From Octopus sinensis (Eukaryota): 64,000 nt of DNA. The stretch covers positions 140,864,001 through 140,928,000 of the forward strand of contig NC_043000.1 in NCBI RefSeq assembly GCF_006345805.1. The letters are read 5' to 3'. Under the pieces are notes generated by a model. That model was given only the letters and a program-made list of their open reading frames with translations. It was not told the origin of the DNA and did no database searches. Position numbers and translations under genes: made by a program. Shown here piece after piece: positions 25,335 through 38,269 of this stretch (within the stretch, counting starts at the first letter, position 1; each line of letters starts with the position of its first letter).

Positions 25335-25510
25335 AAAAAATCAAAAGACGAAGACAGGTAGTATACAAAACAAACAGATGTATTAGTATAACATTCAGGA
25401 ATTGAAAGTGTTTTACGTTTCGAGCCTACGCTCTTCTACAGAAAGGGACACAGAAAAAAAACAAGGAGAGAAAAAAAAATTGTGTAGTGGCTACCGATCT
25501 ATCATGACGA
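25335..25510 (-). mobile_element. PLE pLTR-like repeat with a minimal hammerhead-like motif (25411-25444)
   Basis: Same family as 38280-38490. Minus: TTT CTGTAGA A GAGC GTAG GCTC GAAA CG T A AAA. Confidence 0.6.
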
Positions 25511-26994
25511 CTTATATATATATATATCTATATATATATATGTATAGAGAGAGAGAGAGAGAGAGAGAAATAGTGATAGAGAGAGAGAGAGAGTAATGGC
25601 TACAAATAAGTAAAGATAAAGGATTGGGATACTTAATAGGACAGATCTATTGTCATTTTTTGTAGACTGTGGACAACGAATTTAACAACATTCATGCTAG
25701 ACATGATTGAAGGGTTTATTAGTTTCAAAGCAATAATACTGTTTTCAACAAACTTAGGTGAGTGACAAATACCAGTGTCTGTTCTAGAAACTGTAGTAGT
25801 GTTCAATGAAAGTTAGAGAGAGAGACTAATGTTTATAACAGATGTGGTTGTTTATAGTTGTTTCCCTCTTCTTTAAGATGTTAGAAATGAGAGTGATAAG
25901 CTTATAGTTTGCCGAATTTTAGAGGTTACCATACTCAGTTGTCGTGGACACAGTATTGTATATTCTTAGGTTCAGATTGACACCTATTGAACGCAAAAGA
26001 ATGTAGTGTTGGCTGTGGATAGATCTTAGCTCTGGAGTGCATTGTGAGGAGCTAATGGAAAGAACAATATCAATACTGTAGATGCATTGATGAACCAAAA
26101 TGAGCCGAGAAGTTATTATGTGCATGATAATGAGACAGGTTGAATAGAAAACAAAGAATTTTGTTGCATGCATTCGGTTAGATTTGGAGGCAAGGAAATA
26201 AGATCACTTTTACGACAGAAATATGACTTACAGTGTTGTCTGAAGGAAGGTTATTATTTCTCTAATTTCTTCTACATGCTTATAGCAAAATTGTCATGGT
26301 TATATTGCAATTTCAAATTAATTATATTTTTTGTTACTTGCGAAAACATTCCATGTTGAAATTACCTAAATCTTATGAAAAATATATTAAAAGAAAGTGA
26401 GTGAAGAACATTCACTGATGTTCAAGTATTTTCAATAATGGTAAATATTCAGAAATGAGGGGGAAATTCACCAGCAATCTTATAAGATTCTATTGTACTT
26501 TTCACTCTCAACCTAATGTTTTATTTTTTCCAATTTATTATGTGATTATTTTACTTTTCTATAAGGATTTAACCACTCCTTTTCCTTGTCTAAATTAGAA
26601 AAAAATTTAATTCCTTGTTATACACCCATCTATAGATCTACCATGAAAAATATAAACTAATAGTTAGTACTCAATATTGTTGAACAACCTGCAACAAACA
26701 GCAGTCATAATTCCTTCAAATTACAAACTGTCCTCTAATAAAGGGAACGACATATTGACCAGTGGTGTCCTAGATATCGTCATCATTGTCATTTAATGTC
26801 CACTTTCCATGCTATCATGGGTTGTATGGTTTGACTGAGGACTGGAAAACCAGAAGGCTGTACCAGGCTCCAATCTGATATGACATTCCTAAAATCAAGA
26901 AATGATAGTCACAACTGTAAAGCCTTTGATCCATTAAAATAAGACATATTCCTTTTTGGAAGACAGACAAGCAGAAATGGAGAAACATTTCCAA

Positions 26995-27238
26995 TTACAT
27001 TAAAAATAAATGCACCCTTTTAAAGCCTAGCCAGGCTATTGAGCCTGGTTTCCCAGTTCCAATGGTATATGTGTTCCCCAGCTGGACGGGGTGCCAGTCC
27101 ATTGCAGCGTTACTCATTTTTGCCAGCTGAGTGGACTGGAGCACATGAAGTGAAGTGTTTTGCTCAGGAACACAACGCGTTGCCTGGTCCAGGAATCGAA
27201 ACCACAATCTTGCAATCATGGTGCTGACACCCTAACCA
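26995..27238 (-). mobile_element. SINE family D
   Basis: Reverse complement gives ggttagggtgtcagcaccatgattgcaagattgtggtttcgattcctggacc. Confidence 0.75.
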
Positions 27239-27634
27239 CAATTACATTAAGAGATGAGACTAATTTGAAGATTAAGAATATTTGAGATAGCTATCTCATT
27301 GTTTGGTGAAAACAAGATAATAAAAGAACACATTTTATTGTATTAAGTGATAGTTTTAAAATATTGCTCAACACATTCCCTATAGATTTATAATTACTTG
27401 TTGATTCCCCTGTTCTAAAAAGATTGTGCTTTTATACAAATGTTAGGTGTTATGTGAATTGGCTTGAAATGTTTCCAGTCAGTATATTATGCATATTGGA
27501 CATATTCTTTGGCCAGTATTTTATCTTCATTTCCAGTATAAAACTTCTTATAAAGCGTATAAAATATAAATATATACAAGAGTAGCCATCATAGAGCAAG
27601 AAGAGAGAACTGAAAGGCGGCGAGCTGGCAGAAA

Positions 27635-28032
27635 CGTTAGCACGCCGGGCGAAATGCTTAGCAGTATTTCATCTGCTGCTACATTCTGAGTTCAAATTCC
27701 ACCGAGGTTGACTTTGCCTTTCATCCTTTCAGGATCGATAAATTAAGTACCAGTTATGCACTGGGGTCGATATAATTGACATAATCCGTTTATCTGTCCT
27801 TGTTTGTCCTTTCTGTGTTTAGCCCCTTGTGGGTAGTAAAGAAATAGGCATTTCGTCTTCCATTACGTTCTGAGTTCAAATTCCGCTGAGGTCGACTTTG
27901 CCTTTCATCCTTTCGGGATCGATAAATTAAGTACCAGTTACGCACTGGGGTCGATGTAATTGACTTAATTCATTTGTCTGTCTTTGTTTGTCCCCTCTGT
28001 GTTTAGCCCCTTGTGGGCAATAAAGAAATAAG
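27635..28032 (+). mobile_element. SINE family B with tandem duplication of its body
   Basis: Full copy 27635-27850 followed directly by a second headless body 27850-28030. Confidence 0.88.
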
Positions 28033-28479
28033 AAGAGAGAACTGAAACATGCAGTTATAGCTTTAATCCTTGCTCCAGAGTTTGATACTTTGATGGACTT
28101 TTTGAGAAGTCACTATAACATGTGAAGGTGTTACTTGTTAACCGCTATAAATAAGAATTTGCTTACACTAATAAAATCTTCTAAGAAATTAATACTCCTA
28201 CATGTTGGACATCCAAAGATTAGCTTATTATTATGGTTTCTTTACTGAGCTGAAGTTTGGTTTTCCATACAGTGCAGTTCCAAATTGAATTAACACATTG
28301 ATGGAATTTCTGATGTTAGTTTTGAAGCTCAAGAACAGAAAAATTCTATGATCATTGGAACCTAAGTAAAATACATATAAAACTTCTGTTCCTTAGGTGA
28401 TGTAGTTGAAACTTATAGGGACAGTGAAAAATTTAGAGACCATCTGTTTTCTTTAATCCTTTACATCTCCACAACTCAG

Positions 28480-28807
28480 CAGTTTGGCAAAAGAGACTGA
28501 TAGAATAAGTACCAGATTTAAAACAAAATAAGTACTGGAATTGGTTTGTTTAACTAAAACCTTTCAAGGCAATGCCCCAGCATGGCCACAGTCAAATGAC
28601 TGAAACAACTAAAAAGAAAACAAACAAACAAACAAACAAACAGGTGCAGGAGTGGCTGTGTGGTAAGTAGCTTGCTAACCAACCACATGGTTCCGGGTTC
28701 AGTCCCACTGCATGGCATCTTGGGCAAGTGTCTTCTACTATAGCCCTGGGCCGACCAATGCCTTGTGAGTGGATTTGGTAGACGGAAACTGAAAGAAGCC
28801 TGTCGTA

Positions 28808-28854
<47 letters not shown>

Positions 28855-29055
28855 TCTGTTTGTCCCCCTAGCGTTGCTTGACAACCGATGCTGGTGTGTT
28901 TACGTCCCCGTCACTTAGCGGTTCGGCAAAAGAGACTGATAGAATAAGTACTGGGCTTACAAAGAATAAGTCCTGGGGTCGATTTGCTCGACTAAAGGTG
29001 GTGCTCCAGCATGGCCGCAGTCAAATGACTGAAACAAGTAAAAGAGTAAAGAGTA
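28480..29055 (+). mobile_element. SINE family A 3' fragment, (AAAC)n, then a full-length family A copy (28642-29055)
   Basis: Recognisable head aggtgcaggagtggctgtgtgg and tail gaaacaagtaaaagagtaaagagtaa. Confidence 0.9.
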
Positions 29056-30486
29056 AACATATTTTCATAAAATGTAAATAGTGGAAAGATGTAAAGGAAT
29101 TATCTGACATGACCAAAATAAAGTGTTCTATACAGGAATTAAGGACAGAATGATTAACCAAGTCAGAAAGTCAGTCAAAGATTAAGGAACATTGTCATTA
29201 TCAAAAAAAAAAAAAAAAAAAAATTGGTTGCAAACAGAATTATTTCAGAAAATATAAAAAGAGGCAAATTTTAGTTTACTGTATGTTGGATTTTTAGAAG
29301 CTAGAAATTTTTTTCAAAACCTCAAAAGTAGATTCATAATCATTTTAACCCTTTTGTGTTCACATTATTCTGCCAAAATTAATGCTTCTTCATCTACATT
29401 GTTTTGAACTAATCATGCATTATCTTGTAGCTATGAGATTTTGATGAGGTAGCTGTTAATTTTTAAAACGATATTGTAGGGTTGGTGTGAGAGACCAGAT
29501 CTGGCCAGTTTGACCATAAAACAGGCAGAATACTCTTGGCCGGATATGGCCAGTTTAAATGCTAAAGGGTTAAGAGAACATTTTTGATTTAGTGATGTTT
29601 TGAATTGCTGCAAGTATTTATCTTTGTATAGTTTCCTTCATAATTTAAACTTTCTTCTTATCTTATTCAGAATTTTCCCTGAAAATAGACTATTGCACAA
29701 CCACAGATTTCAACACTATTGATTTTCATTAACATTATCTCAAGAGGAAAAGTAAAACGCAACTAAAATAAGTGAATAAATAAGACAAATATCTTCTATT
29801 TCATTACCCACTTTGTGAATCTTGGGGTAAATTCCCCTTTTCGTCAGAATACATCGCTAAAATTTTGTGCAATTGTCTCTGATATTATATATTTTATTTG
29901 ATATTGATATTTGATATTTCCAATTTCAGACTTCCTGGTGTTTTAGATAAATCTGACTAAGGCCTGAAATATTTGAATTTCTATTGCTACTGAAATAAAT
30001 AGAAAATGTAACTATAGAAGAAGCATCTAAGAGAGAGAGGCAAAGAATGTTAACCTGCAATACTTAGAAACGCATCAATAATAGCACAGATATGATCTAA
30101 AAGATTGCTGAGAAAGAGTAGCAAATAATGTTAATTGAATCAGTGGTTGATTAAGGGAAGATGTAATGATATTCAATTGGTATGACTCACAAAGAAAAAA
30201 GTTGTGAACAAAATGAGCAATTGATACTTTACTTGCATTAAATAAGTTATTATCAAAAGCAATGGTCTCATTTTTAACACTTCAATAATTTATATCTTTA
30301 ACATGTAGTAATTTTGATGATGGATATGAGTCTGATGTTGTATGAGAAAGAAAAAAAATGTCTTTTATATTCACTAGACTTTCTTCTTTTATATTAAGAA
30401 CATTAAGTGTGAAACAGGTTATGTTTATCATTGAGATGTATCTTACAGAATTCATGAACATAAATTCTGGTAATAGACTAAGTTAA

Positions 30487-30889
30487 TACTCTTTACTCTT
30501 TTACTTGTTTCAGTCATTTGACTGTGGCCATGCTGGAGCACCGCCTTTAATCGAGCAACTCGACCCCGGGACTTATTCTTTTGTAAGCCCAGTACTTATT
30601 TTATCGGTCTCTTTTGCCGAACCGCTAAGTAACGGGGACATAAACACACCAGCATCGGTTGTCAAGCAATGCTAGGGGGACAAACACAGACACACAAACA
30701 CACACACGCATATATATACATATATACGACGGGCTTCTTTCAGTTTCCGTCTACCAAATCCACTCACAAGGCTTTGGTCGACCCGAGGCTATAGCAGAAG
30801 ACACTTGCCCAAGGTGCCACGCAGTGGGACTGAACCCGGAACCATGTGGTTGGTAAACAAGCTACTTACCACACAACCACTCCTGCGCC
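30487..30889 (-). mobile_element. SINE family A, full length
   Basis: ttactctttactcttttacttgtttcagtc...cacaaccactcctgcgcct. Confidence 0.9.
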
Positions 30890-31505
30890 TTTTCTTGTGG
30901 AAGTTAGTCTTGGGATGTCCTGATGGTTGAGTATATAAACTACAATTCCATGGATAAAAAAAATTTGAAGAGATTGTCTTCTGCTATTTTTGTGGTGAAA
31001 TATGCCCGGAGAAAATATTAGCATTTCAAATTTTTCAGTCCATAAAGTATCTACATGTTACTGAATATGTAAACTTAGAACTTTATTATTGCTAGTTTTA
31101 TAGTGTGGGTATAAATAACTTTCAAAAATATGCAAGTCACATATAAACTACTTTAAAGTATTAATTTAGAAGTCATCATCGATGTGGTTTAAAAGAAGAT
31201 ACAATTTGTACTGAGAATGAGAATGATAAAATGACATTGTGCGACTGATTAGAAAAAAAATGTGTAGAGCAACAAAAATAAAATTTAGATATTTGTAAAG
31301 AAAATTGTGAAATAAAATGAAAATATGTTTTTACAGAAGCAAGAACCTCAATGCTATTACTCAAGTTACTATAAACAGCAGTTAAATCCCTCTGAAATTA
31401 CATCCTAATGTCTCATAAAAGGTAAAAAGAGGAATAACATACTACAGGGTGGGTGGAAAGTAACTAAGTATTAGAAATTGCTTATAGAATTTCTAGTATC
31501 ACTAG

Positions 31506-31892
31506 TGGAAGCACTCCGTCGGTTACGACGATGAGGGTTCCGGTTAATCCGAATCAACGGAACAGCCTGCTCGTGAAATTAACGTGTAAGTGGCTGAGCA
31601 CTCCACAGACACGTGCACCCTTAACGTAGTTCTCAGGGATATTCAGCGTGACACAGAGAGTGACAAGGCTGGCCCCTTGAAATACAGGTACAAGAGAAAC
31701 AGCAAGTAAGAGTGAGAGAAAGTTGTGGTGAAAGAGTAGAGCAGGGATCACCACCATCCCCTGCCGGAGTCTCGTGGAGCTTTTAGGTGTTTTCGCTCAA
31801 TAAACACTCACAACGCCCGGTCTGGGAATCGAAACCGCGATCCTATGACCGCGAGTCCGCTGCCCTAACCACAGGGCCATTGCGCCTCCACT
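31506..31892 (-). mobile_element. SINE family C, full length, between short ctagtatcact / ctagtatcact flanks
   Basis: Reverse complement of the 11580-11960 copy; tctagtatcact occurs on both sides (31492 and 31894), consistent with a target-site duplication. Confidence 0.88.
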
Positions 31893-32099
31893 GTCTAGTA
31901 TCACTGAAGTCATGATGAAAATATTTTTTAAACAAACAACACTAATGGGGATTTCTTATTTTCTTATTTCTTATTTTCCAGTTGGCTTGTTGCTTGACTG
32001 TTCAGGAGTGAGCTAAGATAGCAGCATGCTATGAAGTGTGGAATTCCATTGCTTTGGTTCAGAGATGGTGATGTGCATGGAAAGGTAAGAATACACTAC

Positions 32100-32735
32100 A
32101 TCTAGAGACAATAAAAAAGCTTTAATGCAAAACTGATGACCATGAGCTCTGTGAACGATGCAAGAAGAAGTGACCATCCAACAACATCCCAATCAGTGGA
32201 GAACGTGGCAACAGTGCTGGAGATGTTTAATTGCAGCCTGAAAAAATCAACATGTCAAGCAGCTGGACAAAGTGGACTAACAAGACACACCATTTGTATA
32301 GTATTACATAAAGAATTGAATTTCCATCCATGGAAACCCCATTACATGCAGGAGCTAAAACTTGAAGAGTGTGACTGCAGAAGTCCAGAACTCCAAGAAA
32401 TCCAGATCTCACTCCATGTGATTTTTACCTGTGGCATTACACAAAAGAGGTGTACAAGACAAAACCTTGCACACTGGAAGACTTGGAGACACAGATTCAG
32501 GAGGTTTTCAATGATATCTCAGACGTTGTCCTTCAGAAGGTTGTTCATTCCATCCTTGGCCATTTGAAGAAACTGGTTGACCCCACCGGTGCTTATGTTG
32601 AAATATGAAGATTTACTTTCATTTTCTCATGTAATAAAGAACATGTATCATTTGTCTCAATAAATTAGTAAAAATAATATGGAATTTATTGCCAATTTTT
32701 AAAGCCCATTTACTTTTCAATCACCTTGTATATAA
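32100..32735 (+). pseudogene. Tc1/mariner-superfamily (rosa/maT-like) transposase remnant, internally deleted
   Basis: ORF 32136: SVNDARRSDHPTTSQSVENVATV...KKSTCQAA...LHKELNFHPWKPHYMQEL; 3' end caatcaccttgtata resembles a TIR. Confidence 0.7.
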
Positions 32736-32749
32736 TGTAATCCTACTAA

Positions 32750-33035
32750 ATCATCATCATCATCATCGTTCAACGTCCGTTTTCCGTGCTAGCATGGGTT
32801 GGACGGTTCAACCGGGGTCTGGGAAACCAGGAGGCTGCACCAGGCTCCAGTCTGATCTGGCAGTGTTTTTACAGCTGGATGCCCTTCCTAATGCCAACCA
32901 CTCCGTGAGTGTAATGGGTGCTTTTTACATGCCACCGAAAGGATGAAAGGCAAAGTCGACCTTGGCGGAATTTGAAACCAGAACGTAACGACAGACGAAA
33001 TACCGCTAAGCTTTTCGCCCGGCATGCTAACGTTT
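32750..33035 (-). mobile_element. Family E fragment joined to a SINE family B fragment
   Basis: catcatcgttcaacgtccg...tttttacatgccacc|gaaaggatgaaaggcaaagtcgacc. Confidence 0.8.
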
Positions 33036-33194
33036 GTGTTTTACTTCTTACACCTCAGTTTGAAAATGCTTCAGATACATTGGCCTTTAGATTTCTTTTA
33101 AAGTTTTCATGATGAAGGATTTTAGTACATGTGCACACACACACACACACACACCAAGAAAAATCTTTTACCAAATCTATCTGTGTGTTTGTGT

Positions 33195-33270
33195 CTGTCT
33201 GTCTGACTGACAATCTGTCTGTCTGACTGACAATCTGTCTGTCTGACTGACAATCTGTCTGTCTGTCTGC
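33195..33270. repeat. 20-bp minisatellite (tctgtctgtctgactgacaa) x3
   Basis: Read directly. Confidence 0.9.
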
Positions 33271-33848
33271 ACAGAGAGGGAGAAGGAGAGGAAAAAGAGA
33301 GATGATGACAAAAGACATTAAAATATATGCAAATACCCAAACAGATATGTTGGATGCATACATACTTATAGATAATTTTTATAATGTAAATCAAAATCAT
33401 TTTACTTTTGGGAATATTATTTCAAGCATTACAAGTTATCAGGTGTTAATGGGTTAAACAAATTCCTCATCATCACCAGCAGCAGCAACAAGAACACAAT
33501 TCTTTCCTTCATCTATATAAACATCAATGAATTATTTACAGCTGTAAGAGTTCTATTTACTCCTTGCAAATTATTAATCATATCTGATTAATCATTATAA
33601 CTAATCATCATGAACTGATGATGTATTCAGTATATTTTGTTCCTGTGTAAGGAAGATATGGCTTTATGGTTAAGAGGTTCACTATACAGCCATGAAGTTT
33701 CAGCCTCGGTTCCACAGTACAATAAGTTGGGTAAGTGTCTTTAACTATAACACTGGGTTGACAAAAGCACTGTGAGTGAATTTGACAAATGGAAACTCAA
33801 TGAAACTTGTCATATAAGGGCATGTGTGTATTTATGCACATGTCTATG

Positions 33849-33879
<31 letters not shown>

Positions 33880-34182
33880 AAATACAAAATGGGACAAGAA
33901 TGCAAAATATCTGGACAGCTAGGTGATACAAAAATGGGACAGCAAAACATCCAGATAGACGATAAAAAGAAAACAAGGACGGGTCATTCGAAGTTTTCTT
34001 TCCTCAGTCAAGACCCAGATTTTGGCTGATTATACTTGAGATTGCTCCAATCTGGCCAGCCCCAAGGAAGAACTAAGTTAAGAGCATTAGATTCCTTGGA
34101 AGAAAGCAGCGAATTTATACAAAAACAAGAACGGAAAAAAACGGACAATGTTACACAAATACAAATACATTAAAAATAATAA

Positions 34183-34348
34183 CAGGTGCAGGAGTGGCTG
34201 TGTGGTAAGTAGCTTGCTTAACAACCACATGTTCCGGGTTCATTCCCACTGTGTGGCGCCTTGGGCAAGTGTCTTCTGCTATAGCCTCGGGCTGACTACA
34301 GCCTTGTGAGTGGATTTGGTAGACAGAAACTGAAAGAAGCCCGTCGTA

Positions 34349-34379
<31 letters not shown>

Positions 34380-34480
34380 TATATAAACTTTGGAATAATC
34401 AGTAAATGACCACATCCCATATTTCATACTGATAACTATATATATTATATATGTATGTGTGTCTTTGTTTGTCCCCAAGA
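34183..34480 (+). mobile_element. SINE family A with an unrelated ~60 bp insert in its TA tract
   Basis: Head caggtgcaggagtggctgtgtgg; body resumes gtatgtgtgtctttgtttgtcccc at about 34450. Confidence 0.8.
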
Positions 34481-34489
34481 ATGCTTGTT

Positions 34490-34930
34490 GTTGGGGATTG
34501 GACCTACGATGCAATTGGAAGAGAAGAGGTGAGGGAATCTCAGCAGAAGATGGCAAACTGGAAGGCACCAGGTATTGATGGGTGTACAGTGGAATGCTTA
34601 AAGAAAGGAGGAGTGACAGTAATTGAATGGTTAGTGAGATTTATGAATGTTTGTTATATGACTGGAAGAGTACCAAAGGACAGGTGTAGTGCCAGTATAA
34701 TGTGACTGTACAAGGGGAAAGAGGATGAATGTGTCTGTGAAAATTTTAGGGGTAAAAGTCTGTTGTGTGTGGTTGGTAAACTGTATGGGAGAAATTAGAT
34801 TGTAAAGGTGAGGAACGAGAGAGTGTACTAGGGGAGGAGCCGTGTGATTTTAGGAGTGGAATGAGGTGTGCAGATCAAATATATGTAGTAAGGCAAATGT
34901 GTGAGAAGTTTTTGGTAAAAGGTAGGGAGG
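34490..34930 (+). pseudogene. RTE-clade LINE reverse-transcriptase fragment
   Basis: EEVRESQQKMANWKAPGIDGCTVECLKKGG...LYKGK.D...CENFRG.SLL.VVGKLY; then FRSGMRCADQIY.VRQMCEKF. Confidence 0.85.
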
Positions 34931-34931
34931 T

Positions 34932-36765
34932 CTAATGAACACTGTGTCACCTTTACCCCAACCAGTGAGAATATTTGCCTCAATGCAGTTCCTTATGAAT
35001 TTGTGCACAATTAATCTTGTACCATTGCATGATTTTGGTTGAGGCAAATTATGCAATAGCATGATAGGAGTCCCTTTTTTTTCAGCTGAAGACACAATGA
35101 GGAGCTGTACCTGGTAGTTTTAGTGAGTTCGAAAATCCGCTGAGGTAGTTAAAACTATCCTGATCATCAACAACACTGTCAATTGAGTTATAAGTGAATA
35201 TTTATCCTGGAAGCTTATTCAATAGCATATTATTAATGCTATTTACAGCAAAATGTTTCGGGAGCCAGGATAGCTCACTCACGGATCTAATCTGTATTGT
35301 AATTATGAAGAAGATTAGGAAAGATGTCATTCACCAAATCATCAGTGGAGAGTGTAAGAAACTGATTTTCATCAATTGGAAGTCTCCCTTCACCTAGTTT
35401 CAACAGCTGCTCAGCAAATAGTTCTGCTGATTGAAGTCTTGAAAGCCTTGATCCCATATTTGTTGAAAGTTGAAGTGTTTTCACATGATGCCATAATACA
35501 GAAGCATTGAGCTCATCCACTTTTGTTCCTCTTGAAACAACTAGCAGTGTTTGTTGGAAGTCTCCTGACTATTATACAATGACATTTCCCATCATGGAAT
35601 AGCAATTTCTAATGTCTCATACTGTTCTGTCAACAATTTCAAAACCATTTTTGTGAGCCATGGTACACACGTTCCAGACAATTAAGTGACATCTTTCTAT
35701 TAGTTCACCCATGGCAGAATTTTTAGATGTATTACAAACTGAATCTTGTTTGTTAGATAAATCACGCTCAGAGTTGCTGAAGCATGGAATAAACTGCCTG
35801 CGTCAGTTGTTGACTGCCATGACACTGCATCCTTTAAGGCCCTCATGCTTTCCGAAATCCGCCGAAACTACACCTGATTATATATACACTTTAGATGAGT
35901 TGTAGTGCACCTGAGCACTGTACACAATTATTATTATTATTTATTATTATTAAAGGTAACTTGAATGTTGAATGGGGAGTCTGACCTCTGGGTACTAATG
36001 TTGCTGCAATACCAGAAGTAGCATTAGCTAAAGCTATTTTATTTTCTTGACGAACTTTAACCAGAAGGAGTTTAATTACAAATGATTTCCCAGTACCTCC
36101 TGGAGCCTCTAAGAAATAAAGTCCTCCTGTGTTATTGTTAATACTTTCTATGACAGTGGAATATGCATGACGTTGATCAGATAGAAGCTTGGGAAGATTA
36201 TCAGTTATGTACATGGTCAGTTCATCCTTATCAAAGGAAATTTTTCTCATTATTTCAGTGGACAGATTGTTAAGATCCCCTCAATAAGTTAATGGGAAAC
36301 CTAAATTTTATATAGGTTCATCTCGCTTGGAAATAATTTGATCTTCTATTTCAATCAAAGCCTCATTATATATAGCATCAGTGAAACCAATATCTTGCTC
36401 AGGATTATTGAACTAAAGTTGGTGCTTGGAATCTTCAGCAAGATCATTTCTGAACATATTCCACAGTTGAGCAGGATTACTTACTTCACAATTTTTGAAA
36501 ATAATAGCAAAAAGACATCTTAAAGTCTTAGATGTTTTTGATATTGAAGCTTCTTCTAATGTTGCTTCCCATTTCTGGTTATTTGCAAGCAAACCTAACT
36601 TGAAACACACTTCTTGATATGTTCTGTAAATCTCACCATCAACTCGTTTCAAACTTTCCCATGAAGTTGATCCCCTTTTTACATGAAGAAGCATTCTGAG
36701 ATGAAAGCATTCATTTTGATTAGGGTGTACAGAATGTAATCTACCAATTGTTGTTCCAAAATTAA
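34932..36765 (-). pseudogene. Helitron RepHel remnant (PIF1-like helicase domain)
   Basis: Colinear broken frames: TIGRLHSVHPNQNECFHLRMLLHVKRG; LYFLEAPGGTGKS (Walker A); ATSGIAATL; LIVWNVCTMAHK (decayed motif II); GTPIMLLHNL...CNGTRL. Confidence 0.9.
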
Positions 36766-36779
36766 TACTAGAATAACCC

Positions 36780-37350
36780 GTGGCCTATGCCAGGGGTGTA
36801 ACCAGCCCACTTATTCGTACCTTTCCTTCATTGGACACTAAGCTCTGATTGCAAAGACCTGTTGAGGCAAGTGAAATCGAAATCAAATTTGATGACTGGT
36901 ATCCATGCTAGTGGAGCAGTTAGAGAACCATCTGAGTATGATCGTTGCCAGAGCAGCTGACAGGCTTCCATGCCAGTGGCAAATAAAAAGCACCATTCAA
37001 GCATGATTGTTACCAGCGTCACCTTACTGGCACTTGTGCCGGTAGCATGTGAAAAAACATTCAAGCAAGGTCGTTGCCAGTGCCACTGGACTGGCTCCTG
37101 TGCAAGTGGCATGTAAAAAACACCATTTAAGTGTGGCTGTTGCCAGTACCGCCTGACTGGCCCTCGTGTTGGTGGCATGTAAAAGCACCCACTATACTCT
37201 CGGGGTGGTTGGCATTAGGAAGGGCATTCAGCTGTTGAAACTCTGCCAGATCAGATTGGAGCCTGGTGCAGACATCTGGTTCGCCAGTCCTCAGTCAAAG
37301 CATCCAATCCATGCTAGCATGGAAAGCGGACGTTAAATGATGATGATGAT
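36780..37350 (+). mobile_element. Repeat family E, long form
   Basis: Internal gccagt../gtggcatgtaaaa units and tail gttaaatgatgatgatgatg. Confidence 0.85.
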
Positions 37351-37626
37351 GGCCTTGAAACTTTGTACCTATTTTGAGTCTGTTCCATTTATTATTACTC
37401 CTTGTGTATAGAAGAATATGATTTGACTGTGTGATGGCATTAGACAAAAAGAGAGATAGACAGACAGAAAGATAGAGAGGCAGCAACAGTGAGACAGAAA
37501 GAGACAGTGACAGAAGGAAACAGTGACAGAGAGAGAGAGAGAGAGAGAGAAGGAAAGAGAGAAAGGAGGAGAGAGAAAGAAAAAGAGAGGGAAAATAGAC
37601 AGATAGAGAAGAAAGAAAACCATAAA

Positions 37627-37955
37627 GATGGTGTCTGGTTTTAGTTTCACTTTGTGGGACAAAGAAAGGCAAAGAGAGGCAGAATCTCTTTGAGGTAGCA
37701 TGGCAGAGACAGACAGGCAGAGAATATAGATGGGGAGAAAGAATAGAGGAGACATAGAAAGAAAATCATGGAGATGGTGTCTGGTTTTAGTTTCACTTTG
37801 TGGGACAAAGAAAGGCAAAGAGAGGCAGAATCTCTTTGAGGTAGCATGGCAGAGACAGACAGGCAGAGAATATAGATGGGGAGAAAGAATAGAGGAGACA
37901 TAGAAAGAAAATCATGGAGATGGTGTCTGGTTTTAGTTTCATTTTGTGGGACAAA
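37627..37955 (+). repeat. 146-bp tandem repeat (2 essentially identical units plus a partial third)
   Basis: gatggtgtctggttttagtttcac starts at 37627, 37773 and 37919. Confidence 0.92.
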
Positions 37956-37957
37956 CA

Positions 37958-38140
37958 AGCGGCGAGCTGGCAGAAATGTTAGCGTGCCAGGTAAAATGCT
38001 TAGCAGTATTTCGTCTGTCTTTACGTTCCGAGTTCAAATTCTGCCCAGGTCGATAAATTAAGTACCAGTTGCATACTGATATCGATCTTATCGACTGGTC
38101 CCCTCCCCCAAAATTTTGTGCCTATGGTAGAAAAGAATAT
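37958..38140 (+). mobile_element. SINE family B
   Basis: agcggcgagctggcagaaatgttagcgtgccagg. Confidence 0.85.
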
Positions 38141-38227
38141 CTATAGTGGTTTCTCTTTGCAAAACCTTAACTTAAGAAAGAAAACACTATAGTAGAATCT
38201 TAACATTTGTTAAAATCATATATCCAA

Positions 38228-38267
<40 letters not shown>

Positions 38268-38269
38268 GA

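Noticed and set aside
29790-29850. CTGACGA...GAAA on the minus strand; similar partial cores at 7180-7205 (+) and 14915-14975 (-)
   Set aside because: Stems I and II cannot be paired next to the core.
3861-31892. tRNA-like sequences at 3861, 5814, 6368, 11580 and similar
   Set aside because: They continue into conserved SINE bodies and lack a complete acceptor stem, so they are SINE heads, not tRNA genes.
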